Source: Callorhinchus milii
Lineage: Eukaryota
Assembly: GCF_018977255.1 (NCBI RefSeq)
Contig: NW_024704745.1
Span: 46,376,001-46,440,000, forward strand
Length of the DNA: 64,000 bases
Direction of reading: 5' to 3'
Shown: in pieces, positions 12,366-25,700 of the stretch
How the letters are laid out: every line of letters begins with the position of its first letter
Position numbering within the stretch: position 1 is the first letter of the stretch
Position numbers and translations under genes: made by a program
Notes under the pieces: generated by a model
The model's input: the letters and a program-made list of their open reading frames with translations, nothing else
Database searches by the model: none
What the model was told of the DNA's origin: nothing

Positions 12366-14344
12366 GCTGGTTTGCTCTTACGTTCAAGCCATATGAAAAA
12401 TGTTGAGATGTACAATGTCAGACACTCTTCAAAATAAATACTGATAAGTTTCAAGCCTCCACATTGTAAATAATTGAACTCTGAATCAAGAGAATAACTT
12501 TAATAAATGGTAACAATAATGTTTGGGCAGATATGCTGTTTTTTTTCCATAAGCTGCTTGTTGACTACAGTACTATATTTACAATCCAATTTACATTTTT
12601 ATAGCATCTTTTGCATTAGGAGGACATTGTGCTTGGACTAGTATTAGTAATACAACTGTAGGATGACTCAGAAGACAGAGAGGGTGGTCATTGAGGGGAC
12701 CCACAACCAACTTGCTTCCCTGCTGGATCTGCCGAAGGAGCTAGTAGGAACCCTTGAGCAATAACTTGCTGGTTGCAGCTTGGAGCAGAGGAAAGTGGTA
12801 GAGAATGGGTCAGACTGGGACTTTCACACAGTCACTCCCCAAGAATCCCAATGTGACCATAATTGGTCAAGTGTCACCTTATCTTACTGCTCTCCAAGGG
12901 TCAGGAGTCATTCCCTCTCTTTGTCATGACATTGTGAGGACTCCTGGGAGGGTAGCCAATGGGGGCCAAGAAAAATCTCCTGGCTGCAAGTTGGCAGCAG
13001 AAGCTCTATGGTATCAATACTGAAACTAGATCAAGTACCAATGTGCCAGAAGGTTGTGAGTTCAAGCATATGTTGGGACTTTGAATTCACAGTTTGGGCT
13101 GACATTCCAAATCTGTGCTGGGGTCTGCTGTCTTGTTATATTAAGAAAAGTTAATAGCAACAGCAATAAAATATTTCCCATCTTTACATTCCTCTTATTG
13201 GCTTGACACACAAGCCTACTATGGCTGAAGAATAAAGAACACTGGTGTTCCAAGAGGTAAAGAGCTCAATAAATAATGTGAAATGAGGATGGAAGGACAA
13301 AAAGAGTATACAAGTTTGATTATGGAGCAGAAATTCTGACAGTATAGAATGAATATTACACTAGTCTGAAAATACTGTCCATAATACTCTACAATACTAA
13401 ATTTGCACCATATTATCAGGAATCTGATAGAAGACATCACCAACATCACCATTGATTAACAGGTATTTTTCTATGAAAACAAAGAGAAACAGTAAAACAA
13501 TTTGCATTTACTATATAAATCATGAATTTACATTCAGTGTAAATGAACAATTGAATTACATTTGTTACTGTAATTACAATATATTGTAATATATTGCATA
13601 GATTATTATTAGATTAAATGTTCTCAGCAACTATGGAAATTCTTCCCTTTAATTTGGGACATCAATATAACCATAAGGCCTCAGTAGATTTACAGTATGG
13701 CATTGTGATGTGACTGCAATAATGAATTAACAACCATTGTTTTTCTTGTTCTAATATTTTTCAATGAGTTGTACCCAAAATTAGGGCAACAGCTACTATG
13801 ATTCTGGAATAGGAATATAAGTACTAAAAAGTGATGTTAAGTTTTGTCAAACTCCAACTCTGAAAACTTCTGCTGGTGAATTAAGGACTCCTGCCCAGTT
13901 AGCATAGCCATACAGATCAAGCATTTGAAGATCTCAAACATAGAAGGGACTTGTTGTGTTGCTGTAATGATAGTGTTGACATAATGCAGTACAAATATAA
14001 TGCTAAGCTTTTGAAGATACAATGGGGCAGAGTTCAAAATAACATAAGAGGTTCAGATGAAGTAAAGCCATTTCCCCGTATGATATCATCCTTCCAGAAT
14101 ACTGACCCTGTTGTTGCCCTTTTTTTAGCATCAAACTATTTCTCAAACAAGTCTAGCATTCTAGCATTGATCAGCTTCCCTGGGAACCCATTGAACAATT
14201 AATTCCCCTCTGTGTAAAGAAATATTTCCTGGTGTCTGGTCCTGAAATTACCTTTCGCACTTATGAATCTGTGCCCTTTTGACCTGTTGCTCTACTTACT
14301 CAATTCTGTCTTTTATATCTCTATTAAGGGATACAGTTTCTGAA

Positions 14345-14930
14345 CTACATAGAGTCATAGAATTATACAGCACAGAAGGAGGCCATTTGGCCTATTTGGC
14401 CATTTGCCGGCTCTTTGAAAAAAGCTATCCAATTCAATCCCACTCCCCTGCTCTTTCCCCATAGCCCTGCAAACTTGTCCTCCCCAAATAATTGTCTACT
14501 TCTCTCTTAAAAGTTGTTATTGAATCGGCTTCCACCGCCCTTTCAGGCAATGTATTCCAGATCCGAACAACTCGCTGTGTGAAAAAATTTCTCCTCACCT
14601 CCCCTCTGTTTCTTTTAACAACTATTTTAAATTGGTGGCCTCAGGTTACCAACCCACCCGCCAGTGGTAATAGGTTGTCCTTGTTCATCCTATCAAATCC
14701 CCTCATAATTTTGAAAACTTCTATTAAGTCTCCTCTTAACCTTCTCTGCTCCAAGGAGAATAATCCTAGCTTCTCTAGCCTCTCCTGATAACTGTAGTCC
14801 CTCATTCCTGGTACCATCCTGGTAAATCTCCTTTGCACCCTCTCCAATGCCTTGACATCCTTCCTAAAGTGTGGTGCCCAGAACTGAACACAGTACTCTA
14901 GCTGAGGCCTAACCAGTGTTTTATAAAGGG
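14345..14930 (-). mobile_element. CR1 LINE 3' end
   Basis: ORF 14641-14847 [48 protein letters not shown]; catagagtcatagaa tail. Confidence 0.92.
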
Positions 14931-15764
14931 ATTATCATGACATCATAACTTCTAAGATAGCCAAACATTCCTTGCTCCCACCCATCGCTTTAAAAAGAAG
15001 AATTACTACAAGAGAACCTCAGGACTAATTTCTCTGACAGGGCAAAAGTGGAGAACTCCATGACGCTGGAAAACATGTACCTCACAGTTGGGATCAAAAA
15101 GAACATGTTGCTTTATCTGACAAAGTTTGCAAATGTTTCAGATCACAGTTCCCAAAATAAACTCTTTGATTCAGGGACTGCTAAATATTTTAATAGTAAG
15201 TGCCTAAGCATGGCATCAGTAACAATATACCAGTTCTATCCTGCACAATGTTCAATTTATTAAATTATAATGATGCATTTTTGCCTTTAAATAACTGATT
15301 TATTTTCTTTCACAGAAGCAGGGCATAAACTGTCTAATTATACTCATCTGTATTACTTAGCTGGCGTGTCCCTGAAATACATTGCCTGCCAGTCAGTTTC
15401 ATGACCTGTATGCTGTGTAGACCAATCCATTGTAACTGTTTTCTTATTATGTTAAAACCTTTTTACCCTATGTCAATACTATGCCTGTGCTTCCGCTTCT
15501 TCAATTATAATTGGTATATTTTTCTTGAAATATAGCTAACCTCAATGCAATAGAGATTTTTACTCCACATAAAAGTGGATCTGTTATTTAGGAAGGCATA
15601 GTCACCCATGCATTTGATATTGGGTTTTATGATGCCAAAGCATCTTAAAGAGTTTTCCATAAAATGTAATGACTGTGCATTTCTAGGCAAAGCATGGCAG
15701 CAGATTTGCATAGAGCGATATTCCAAATATACCGATGAAGTGAATAATAAGGCTAATTTTTTTA

Positions 15765-16010
15765 ATCTCAGGGATTGTTAGCCAAGTCTCTGGGAGAAAC
15801 TCCCTTCTCTTTTTGATTAATGCCATGGAATCTTTATCATCCACTTAACAGGCAGAGGAGACTTCAATGTAATTCGAAGGGCAGCACCTCTGGTAATACA
15901 ATACTCCACCAGCACTGCATTGAAGTGCCAGGCTAGACTATGAGCTCAAAGACCCAACATTGAGCTTTAATCCACAACCTTTTGACACTGAGGAGAGTGT
16001 GCTTCCAACT
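15765..16010 (-). mobile_element. Old Deu-domain SINE
   Basis: Reverse match to the gatcccatggca...ggagttctcc Deu block. Confidence 0.6.
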
Positions 16011-16284
16011 AAAAGTTAGGGGTGATGTAGGCCGTCAAATAATTAAATTAAATTTGCCCACAAAATACACAGTCAGTCCATTTTACAATATATTCTGTAA
16101 AGTGCTTTAAGACGTCTCAACAATGTGATAAGACGCTATATCAAATGCAAGGATTATTATTATTAAATATTAATTTTAATTTGAGGGATTTCAATAAATT
16201 ATATAGTACATTTAAATGTCACTACCTATTATTAACTGCTCACAGAAGGATGGATTGGATTTATTGTAAATTACTTGATTATAA

Positions 16285-17400
16285 TGGAACATAGGAATGG
16301 GAGAGGTCATTCAGCCCATCAAACTTGTTCCACTAGTTTGTTAGAGCGTGCCAGATCTCTTAATCCCATTTCCTATCTTTTCTCCATTCCCTTTATTATT
16401 TTTACTTTCCATATATCTTTCTGTCTCTTTTTAAAACATTCCCAATTGATTCTGCCTCTGTGACCTTCTGGTGCCCTTCTGTGTGAATAATTGTTTTCTG
16501 ACCTCACTTCAAAACATTTTAGATCTTAATTTTATCAGAGGAATGAGTTGTCCACTGTTCAGGTGATCAATTCCCTTCATGAGTTCAAATAATTCAATCA
16601 CAATTTCCCTTAACTTCCTCAAATCTAAGGAATATAGCCCAAGTCTACTCATCCAAATCCTAACCAATCCCATCATCCCTGGTAGCAATAGAATCAAATG
16701 TTACTGAATGATGTCCAAGGCTAATGTATCCTCTTTAAGATTGGATGCTCACAACTGGAGCAACATTCTCTTTTATATTTTATATTCCTTGTTTTAATGC
16801 CTTGTTTAATTTTAATAGTTTAAAGACTTGGACTCCTAGATCAAATGCTCCATCATTTAATGCATATTCCTACCTGTTATTCTTGCTAGTAATCTCATAC
16901 AAGGCATTTTAAGGCCTTCTGAAAATTCATATAATGATATTCATCAATCCTCTTTTATTTCGTACATCTGTGGGTCTGGCAAAAAACTCTGTGGTTCGGT
17001 CAAATATATCTATTAGGTTTGCCAGGCGTGATCTACATTTTACAAACCATGCTGATTCTCCCTTCTTTGTGCAAATTTATCCAGATGCTCAGTTAGTATG
17101 TCCCTGATGATCGGTTCCAGTAATTTGCCACCTATTATACTCACAGGTCTGTAGATAGTAGATTTGTCCCTTCTTTCTTTCGTGGCATCACATTTGCTGT
17201 TTTCCAATTTTCTGGTATAATTCCCATATCTAGCAATCTTTGGGAATCATAAATAAAGTACAATTTATTCACTTACTTTAATATCCTGGGGTTCAAATCA
17301 TCTGGGCCTGGAGATTTGCCTGACTTCATTCCCATTAGTTTACCCATTACAATTTTTCTGTTTCTATAAAGGCCTATAATATAACCTCTTCCTGGTACCT
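16285..17400 (-). mobile_element. Degenerate CR1 LINE
   Basis: 'SRLGLYSLDLRKLRE.VIELFELMKG' (16509-16697) plus upstream RT remnants. Confidence 0.75.
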
Positions 17401-18243
17401 CTGGTATCAAATTCTACTTCTTCAATTTGAAGACTGAACCAAAATATTTATTTAACTGTACTGCACTTGTGCTACATATACAGTATTTATATTCATATAT
17501 TATATATAAAGTATGTATCAAAGTCTATTTCACTTTAGAAGGACATTCAACTTGAAAGATTCTTACAAAGATATTGTCAGCTAATTAAAAGTAGACTGAA
17601 TAATGCCATTAATATAATTGTACCTCAAATGTTTAAGTCTGTTACAAAGCAAAGTGGGCAGACACAAATGCACAGGGATATAAACATGCTTCCCAAAATG
17701 ATCACAAACATTTCAAGAATGTTAACAATAGCAGTAACCTTACAACAATCTATTACCATAAGTTGTATACAATGTTCTGTAAATCTGCATCAGTTCTCAT
17801 GATCAGAAAGGTGACATTTCATTTTCATGAATGACTGAGCGGTGATCTTTTAGGTGTAATCTTTGCAATCTTTACACCTTCAGAAAGCAATGTCTCTGAA
17901 GCTTTTGGACTGTGAAAGCAGTTGTAACTCAAATTGAAGAGACATTAGCCATGAAGAGGAGGGTCACTTGAGGTAGTATATATTCCTGGTAAACATCAAG
18001 TTGCAAAGGTGGAGAAGGGTCCCTCTACCAAGAAGGCAGTGATGTTTGCTAAAGCTATCTCCAAGCTGGTTGGATTTGCTTGCTGCCCCCTGCCTCTTTC
18101 TGTGGAAGTTTGCCCATTTAGAATGCCATTGTTGAAAGTGTCTGCTCTACCCCTGGTTGTAGGGAAAGTGCCATTGCTTTGAACACTAGGCATTGCCACA
18201 GGAATAGTTGAGGGGCAGGAAACAGTGTGAATCATCAGGGATG

Positions 18244-18830
18244 AACAACAACAACAAAATTACATTTGTAAACACCTTTCAGGTCAGGAGGAAGTCTCAA
18301 GGCGCTGAATGGTCGGGGATCAGGTCTCGAGTGTGGGGGGGGGCAGGGTTGGGATGAGGTGGGCAGAGAGCTAGGAGGGCGGCTGAAGGCATGTTTGAAA
18401 AGGAGGGTCTTGAGTCGTGCCTTGAAGGAGGGAGGAAGCAAGAGGAAGGGATTGTGGGATGGAGTTCCAAAGAACTGGGGCAGAGAGGCTGAGAGCTCAG
18501 ATGCCGATGGTAGGGCGGATCGGGCGGGAGACCTGGATCAGGCTGGAGCTGCTGAACGGAGGGAGAGGATAGGTTAACAGGGGGTCAGCAGGTCAGAGAT
18601 GTAGGAGGGGGTAAGGCCGTGGAGGGCCTTGAAAGTGAGGATGAGGATTTTGAATTCTATCCTGAGGGATGGGAAGCCAGTGGAGCCGGGCGAGGTTGAG
18701 GGTGATGGGGTCCCAGAACCCGATGCGGGAGAGGACACGAGCTGCAGAGTTCTGGATGATCTGCAACTTGCAGAGGGAAGTGTTGCGGAGGCTGACAAGG
18801 AGGGAGTTTCCATAGTCGAGCCTTGAAACA
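18244..18830 (-). mobile_element. L2 3' fragment
   Basis: FVSRLDYGNSLLVSL...IIQNSAARVL; (CAA)n tail at 18245. Confidence 0.9.
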
Positions 18831-19223
18831 AACAAAAAAGCATTCTTTTGTAAATCTTTTAGAGGTTTTATGTTTAGGCAATTTGAAGAGCTGCTTTATG
18901 TTGAACAGTGTCTGCTGTTTTTTCCTGATGGTTTCTCAATGCAGCTATTTTTCATAATGGCTTCTTTCAGACGTTGAGTGTTTGAAGAGTCACCACATCC
19001 CCAGCCTGCCCTCTCCCCGAGTAGAATATCTAGTAAATGTGAACTGGTATGCTGTATATGTCCTAAATGTTAAAATTATTGTGTAGAGAAACTCTTTCTA
19101 TAGCAGCATGGCGAAGGAAGTGGGACTTCTTCATGGCAAAGCATTCTGAAGATCAGCAAAGCAAATGGAGGAGCAGACCTCCCATGGTGCTAATGGATGA
19201 GGAACTATTTTGCCTAAGAGCCA

Positions 19224-19229
19224 TTTATT
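19224..19229 (-). promoter_or_regulatory. Candidate polyadenylation signal of gene A
   Basis: AATAAA on the minus strand about 380 nt downstream of the stop at 19607. Confidence 0.35.
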
Positions 19230-19606
19230 TATGATTAAAGGCAACAATAGAACTATAAAACATGTGAGGATATCTAATAGCTAAAAATAAAGTTTCCCTT
19301 AAAGGACAAGTTACCCTACCTACCTGCTGTGCAATTCACCGTGATTGTCCCTTCTATAGTGAACTGCAGCATGTTTACAGACACATATAGCAGACGTAAA
19401 TCAGCACAAGTCGTAAAGCAATCTTAAATTGTGGACTTTACAGAATAAACTAACAGTGGTATGAACCTCAACTCTTAACGAGGGTCAATAAAGTTTTTAG
19501 GTTGATAATATAGAAATGTTTATACCAGAAAATATGGTTCACAGAATTTCTCTTGGATCTTCAGACAAACTTGTGATATTTTACCCACCAAACTCTGTCA
19601 TTAATG

Positions 19607-19716
19607 TTAATGTTTGGAAGGCAATTTGTGCTTGTTATCCATAATACTCACTTTATGTGGTGTGTAATCACAATTTGCATAGATTGGGTCATCATTGTAT
19701 GGTATTTGCTTATTTT
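19607..19716 (-). CDS. Gene A cytoplasmic exon: (K)NKQIPYNDDPIYANCDYTPHK, then either a donor at 19651 or read-through VSIMDNKHKLPSKH*
   Basis: Strong acceptor tattttgtttttcttaacAG in phase 1, matching the TM exon end; tyrosine motif IYAN; internal AAA|GTGAGT donor after 19652. Confidence 0.8.
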
Positions 19717-20162
19717 CTGTTAAGAAAAACAAAATACAGTACTCATAAATCAATTTGTGAAAACATCTTCCTTGCACTTGATATAATGTCTTGCAATAAT
19801 CCTTCCATTTATTATAGCACCTTATCATATTGCCGAAACATCTCAATCTTCAAAGTCTATGTGCACATTCCCTTGACATCCAATTTTCCATTCATACAGA
19901 ATTTTATGATGCAGGGTAACTCCTGGTTCTAATTCTCCATGGTACAGACATGACTTTGGATCCTGTTACTCCATTTTGTATTGCATTGTTACAGAATGCA
20001 AAATATCTTTGTGGCTATATTATAATAATAATCTTTGCATTTGCTAGAGTTATCATGTCGTTGAGACACCTCAAATCGCTTTTTCTTATTACATTTTAAG
20101 TGCTTAAAGAGACCTGGAAGCAAATTAATGTGAGGAGACAAAGCAATAATGAATGTACTTAC

Positions 20163-20240
20163 TTGGCAATGTTTTTTTCTTGACTTTCCATATCACCATA
20201 GCAAGTATCACAGCTACAGCTACAGCTCCAGCAATTGATA
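20163..20240 (-). CDS. Gene A transmembrane exon: (V)SIAGAVAVAVILAMVIWKVKKKTLP
   Basis: cAG acceptor, A|GTAAGT donor, 78 nt, phase 1-1; hydrophobic helix followed by a basic stop-transfer segment KVKKK. Confidence 0.88.
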
Positions 20241-20274
20241 CTGTTTTGAATTGTATAGATTAATACATCTTACA

Positions 20275-20440
20275 TGAAGACAGTATAGAGTAATAGATGA
20301 TACAGTATATAGGAGCAGGATAGTGTAACACATAATGTATAGGGATAGAATAGAGTAATATGTAATGTACAGAGCCGCGATAGAGTAATAGATGATGCAA
20401 AGAGGCAATAGATAATGCATAGAGGCACTATACTGTAATA
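20275..20440. repeat. Degenerate tandem repeat (tagagtaatagatgat-like units)
   Basis: Several imperfect copies of agtaatagatgat in the intron just before the TM exon. Confidence 0.5.
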
Positions 20441-21657
20441 ATTAATGATTGTAAATTGCAAGTACTGTTTTTATTATTTACTGAATATGGGTGAGGGGAC
20501 TGGAGGCTGTATTAGCAGTGATAATTAACGAAATGCAGTTAAAACATACCTTTGCAACCTACTTTTAACATCAAGTTTGGACTGAACACCACATCCCCCA
20601 CTTCTAGGGAATGTTTTCAGAATCTTAAAGTGCTTCTGTTATAATATTGTAATACACAGTTTTTCTTTCCATTTTGTTACCAACAAAAAGGAGGTATTTG
20701 TGTCAGGCATCAGAGTAATACATTTTAATTTTATTTTCAATCTCATTTCTAAGACAATTTTTTGAGTAATTTAACAGTGTTTCATAGCCTTTCAATGTAT
20801 TACAGTAATTATCAAAACATGCCAATTATGGTCAATGAAAATTATCACAGATCGAGTCTGCAATCATTTGTGTTCAAGGATAAGTGACGACTTTGGGCAG
20901 AACAGCTCTCCTTCCAATTCCAGAAAATAGTTTTTCCCATCAGCTTTTCATCTGCTCATTTGCTTTTAAATTTCAAATGTAACAGCAAGATTTAAATTTT
21001 AAACTCTTTAATTGTTAAGGTTTTATAGTTTGAGAAATAAATGCCATGGAAAGGAGCTTAAGTTAACAGTTTAGTTGTTCAGTGTATATTTAATATCATT
21101 CCTTAACATTGGGGTAACATTTGCAGGGTTCCTTATTCAATGTTGATGTAAACTATCAGGGGGCAGGACTCAGTTCAAACTAAGCAGTTTCTTCCTTTTC
21201 AGAATCTAGTTTTAATTTTATTTTGTTAGATTATTTTCCAGATTATTTGATTTGCCGAGGATGTCTGAAATCCGATAAAATTAACCTTTAGTGTTCCAAT
21301 GGGCTGGGCTCGAAACCTCTACGCCCTTTGTTAACAGTTTTTGGCTGAGGAGAGTGTGAATTTCAGCTTGTTGAAAAATAAATATCTCACAAAAACATTA
21401 ACTTAGAACACAATGCTCTTTTCTTGTACCCTAGAAAAAGCATTCACCATGGATTAAAAAGAAATAAGGCTTGAAAAACAGGCATTCACTTGTCTGAAGG
21501 GTTGGGGTGTTACCTCGCAGGTGCCACAAATTTTACCCTTCTTATTCATAAGGTGTGGACATTAAGATGCATGGTATCAATACACCAGAGTTCGTATGAG
21601 TGACTTAGTGGACATTTAAATAAGTAAAAATTTAAATTGTATTTAAAATATTATCAC

Positions 21658-21714
21658 CTGAGAGGTAGGTTATTAAAGATGTCATATGAAGATGATTCCA
21701 TATATCTTTATCAT
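21658..21714 (-). CDS. Gene A juxtamembrane exon copy b: (D)DKDIWNHLHMTSLITYLS
   Basis: Acceptor actttccttttaatcactAG, donor CAG|GTGATA, 57 nt, phase 1-1, open frame. Confidence 0.55.
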
Positions 21715-21902
21715 CTAGTGATTAAAAGGAAAGTTAACAACAAACAATTTTTAAGGTAATTTTTAAAGCTCTCTGGGATACTATCCCGCTCAAAGGGCTC
21801 TATACAAATGCAAGATGTTGTTCTAGTTGTTTAGATTTCTTATTTTGGATGAATAATTTAGTGAACATTTAAATTAAATTCAAATTGCATTTAAAATATT
21901 AC

Positions 21903-21965
21903 CACCTGAGAGGTAAGCTATTAAAGATGTCATATGAAGATCATTCAACTTATTTTTGTCATCAT
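21903..21965 (-). CDS. Gene A juxtamembrane exon copy a: (D)DDKNKLNDLHMTSLIAYLSG
   Basis: Acceptor actttctttttagtcaatAG; two in-frame donors (after 21906 CAG|GTGGTA, after 21903 G|GTAATA); phase 1-1. LIAYLSG extends the short TM helix of the next exon. Confidence 0.7.
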
Positions 21966-22029
21966 CTATTGACTAAAAAGAAAGTTAACCATAAAAATTT
22001 TCAAGGCTGAGTAGATTCTTATGCAATTA

Positions 22030-25000
22030 ACAACAATAAACAACAACAACTTGCACTTATATAGCGCCCTCCACACAATGTAGAGTCTCAGAGCACTTAA
22101 AGCTGGGGGGAGGGGAGAGTTGGCAGCAGGCATAGTCGAAGAGGAAAGTTTCAGGTGGGATTTGAAAAAGGGGAGAAAGGACAAGGTGGAGGGATTGGGG
22201 GAGAGTGTTCCAGAGTTTCGGAGCATAGTGACTGAAAGCGCGACCTCCAATGGTGGGGCGGAGGGTGCGAGGGATGAGCAGGAGGCACTAGGTGGTGGAT
22301 TGGGGTTTGAGGAGGTTGGAGATATAATAATAATAATAATAATCTTTGCATTTGATATAGCGCTTTTCACATCTTCTAGACGTCCCAAAGCGCTTCACAG
22401 AATATACTGTAAAGTGAATTGACTGTATATTTGTGGGCGAACGCGGCAGCCAATTGCGCTCAGCAATGTCCCACAAACAGTCATGGATTGAAAATGACCA
22501 ATTTATTATTGTTTTTTTTGGAGGGATTATTATTAGGCGTGTGGAGTAAGGAAACTTGCCCAAGGTTTCGCCCTGCCTGGAATTGAACTCAGGTCTCTCA
22601 CTTGCAAAGCGAGTGCTCTAACCACTGAGCTACAGGTAGGGAGTGAATGGATTTGAACACAAGAATGAGGATCTTGAAGTCAATCCATTTGGTGATGGAG
22701 AGCCAGTAGAGCCTGGCCAGAACTGGTGAAATGTGGGTATGGAGTTTGGTCCAAGTCAGCATGCAGGCAGCAGAGTTTTGAATTCACCTTGTGAATGTGG
22801 AGCTAGTGAGACCGGTGAGGAGTGTGTTGGATTATTCCAGGTGGGAGGTGACAAATGCATACACAACGATTTCGGCTGCAAGGTACAGTTGGAGGCGAGC
22901 AATGGGTGGAGGTGGAAGAAAGTGGTACTGGTCAGGACTGGATGTGGGGGAGGAAGGACAGTTGAGGGTCGAACCGGACGTCTAGGTTGCGCACTGGTTA
23001 GTGAGTCTGAGGGAGAGCTCAGGGAAGTTGAGGAGTTTAAATCCGTAGGAATGAAGACGTTGATGGCTTCCGTCTTGTCAATATTCAGCTGCAGGAAGTT
23101 TGTACTCATCCAAGCCTTGATGTCTACCAGACAAGCTGATAGAACATCGGCAGACCTGGAGTTGGTACTGGACGAGGCAAAGTAGATTTGTGTGTCGTCC
23201 GCATACATGGGGAAGTTTATCCCATGTCTGCGGATGACATCACCCAGTGGAAGCATATAAATAAGGAAAAGAAGAGGGGCAAGGATGGAGCCCTGGGGTA
23301 ACCTGTAGCTCACTGGGCGGGGCAGAAGGAGAAACCATTTGCTGAGATGAAATGGAGGCAGTTGGTTAAGTAGGATTCAAACCATGTGAGTGTGGTCCCA
23401 CTAAAGCAGATGAGGGAGGAGAAGCCGTGGAAGAGGATGACGTGGTCGACAGTGTCGAATGCGGCAGAGAGATCCAGGAGGACGAGGAGGCAGAGGGAGC
23501 CCTGGTCACAGATATAGACAATGTCATTTGTGACTTTGACAAGCGCTGTCTCTGTGCTGTGGAAAACCAGACTGCAGGGAATCGAGGAAGAGGTGGAGGG
23601 AGAGGTGCGATTGAAGTTGACCTGCAACAATGCGTTCCAGGACTTTGGCAAGGAAGGGTAGGTTGGAGATGGGACAGTAGTGTGAGAGATTGGAGGGGTT
23701 GAGGGTGTGTTCTTTGAAGAGGGGTGTGATGGCATTGGCTTTCAGGGGCAGTGGAACGGAGCCTGAGGAGAAAGACTGGTTGACTGTGCTGGCCAGCAGG
23801 GGGAGAGAAGGGGTAGTTGATGAACCTCATCCGGGTGATTGCGATTGAGAGGAAGAAGGAAGAAATGAGGGCAAAGGAGTGTAAGGAGAGGGGAGTGGCA
23901 GAAGCCGTGATAGAGGGAGAAGGCTGTGTGGATGGTCTGGGTGGGATGGAAGGGGACATGGTGGGGGTGGAGGACAATGCAGCCAAGCGGATATTTTCAA
24001 TTTTTGAGGGAAAGAAGTCTAGGACCTCTTTGCACTTGGTGTTTGACGTGAGAATAGAGGGGGCTTGAGGGGGTGCACAGAGGAGGTGATGGATGGTGGA
24101 AAACAGTCTTTGGATTGTTGTTTGTCTCCAGGATGACTTTGGAGTAAAAGTCAGTTTTGGCCTGTGAAAGGGAGAGGGTGTAGAAGTGCTCGAACCACAA
24201 CTGGCAGTGAATCGTGAGTCCAGAATTTCTGCCATGTGCGCTCAAGCATCCGGCTTTGTGTTTTGAGTGAGCGGAGATGAATGTTGTACCAGGCGGAGCA
24301 GGTAAGTTTGGAATAGACCCTAGATTTCAGGGGAGCCAGGGAATTTAAGGTTGTGGAGAGACGGTCATTCAGCAGCTTGACAGCTGCATTAGGATGGCTG
24401 CGGGTGGAGGGCCAGAGGGAGAGGAGGTCCGAGGACTCAGGCAGAAGCTTTTTCCAGAGGCGGAAAAAAATGGTGGTGGGCTTGGAAGAGGAGAGGAGGA
24501 TGTGGGAGAGAGGGAGATGGTCCGCGATACCCTGTCCGTGACTGACAGGTCGGAAATGTCAAGGCCATGCGAGATGACAAGGTCGAGGGAATGGCCATGG
24601 TTGTGGGTCAGCAAGTTGATGTGGAGAGTGAGGTTTAAGGAGGAGAGGAGGGCAGTGAAATCCGAGGAGGTGGTGCAAGGGGAGTTTAGGTGGAGGTTGA
24701 AATCACCCATTATTAGCAGGTGTTCAGTGCAGAGGGACAGGGATGAGAGGAGAGAGGAAATATCAGTGAGGAAGGAGCCAGGAGCTTTGGGGGTGGGGGG
24801 GTGCTAAACTAAGAGGATTTTAAGGGAGAGAGTGGAGGGATAGTCGAAGGTGAGGTGTTCAAAGGAGGAGAAATAGCCAGAGGAATAAGGGGATAGAACA
24901 AGGGAAGTTCGGGAGATGAGGGCCACTTTGCTGCCATGTTGGTTGGGGCATGGGGTGTGGTGAAAAGTGTAACCAGGAGGGGAGGCTTTGACGAGGGGGA

Positions 25001-25700
25001 CGGGGTCACCAGGGGAAAGCCAGGTTTCTGTAAGCCCAAGAATATCAATGTGCTCATCCAGGATGAGGTTGTGTATAGTAAGGGCTTTGTTGGAGAGCGG
25101 ATATTTTGGAAGGAAATGCTGATAGGTTTGCTGGTTGTGAGGTGGTGATGAGGAAGGTGGTATAGAGAGGATTTGGGGTGGTGGGGAAGAAGTGACCATG
25201 GAATTTGAGGAGCAGGGAGAGTTGAGGAGGGTACAGATGAGGGAGGGGAAAGGGGTGTTTGCCTTTCAAAGGCGGTTGCTGCAGAGAGAGTGAATGATGG
25301 GACAGTTGAGGTGGCTGATCTGGGACAACCAACGCCGAGAGCATCAATGGGCCTGGTGGAGGATGCCCAGATTGGAACAGAGGGAGGTAATGGTGGGGTC
25401 CACGAGGGAGAGAAGGCAAGGAGGGCGGTGGGAGACAAGGACAGAGTACGAGTAGTGGAATGTGGGGGATGGGAGCAGGAACATTTTCAGGGAGAGTGGC
25501 TCGGATCAGAGCGCAGCCAAAATGGGCACGAGCGATCAGTGGGGCAGCATCGGCCTGCGGGCTATGGGAGACAGGTGCAATGGGAGTTGAGGGGACCTGG
25601 TGGAGCAATGGAGAGGGGATGGCAGTCATAGCTTAGATGCTAGAAACCAGGAGGGAAGGGAGGACCAGGTAGCAGAAGGGTAGTAGAATATACACTATAC
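22030..25700 (-). mobile_element. Near full-length but frameshifted L2 ORF2 (APE endonuclease + RT + 3' tail) in gene A intron
   Basis: EN motifs 'ILGLTETWL' and 'MGDFNLHLN'; RT motifs 'LLDLSAAFDTVDH', 'PQGSILAPLLF' and 'YADDTQIY'; (CAA)n tail near 22040. Confidence 0.95.
22324..22636 (-). mobile_element. Young tRNA-derived SINE (short subfamily) inserted into the L2
   Basis: Complete copy, nearly identical to 1488-1796; L2 sequence continues on both sides. Confidence 0.93.

Noticed and set aside
13062-13253. MGNILLLLLLTFLN signal-peptide-like stretch
   Set aside because: No splice donor follows; the frame runs into an old SINE.
17996-18235. 79-aa minus-strand Ser/Thr-rich ORF considered as a stalk exon
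   Set aside because: It lies downstream of the TM and tail exons and has no compatible splice sites.
20550-20603. 54-nt phase 1-1 candidate exon (EVGDVVFSPNLMLKVGCK) with GTATGT donor
   Set aside because: Weak acceptor, and it would interrupt the TM helix; not excluded without RNA data.
21286-21366. 81-nt phase 1-1 candidate exon (EIHTLLSQKLLTKGVEVSSPAHWNTK)
   Set aside because: AAG acceptor and GTTAAT donor are both weak, and it is not needed for an in-frame model.
1871-25631. Many Pro/Ser-rich or Gly/Glu-rich ORFs
   Set aside because: Alternative-frame and antisense translations of pyrimidine-skewed L2 elements.
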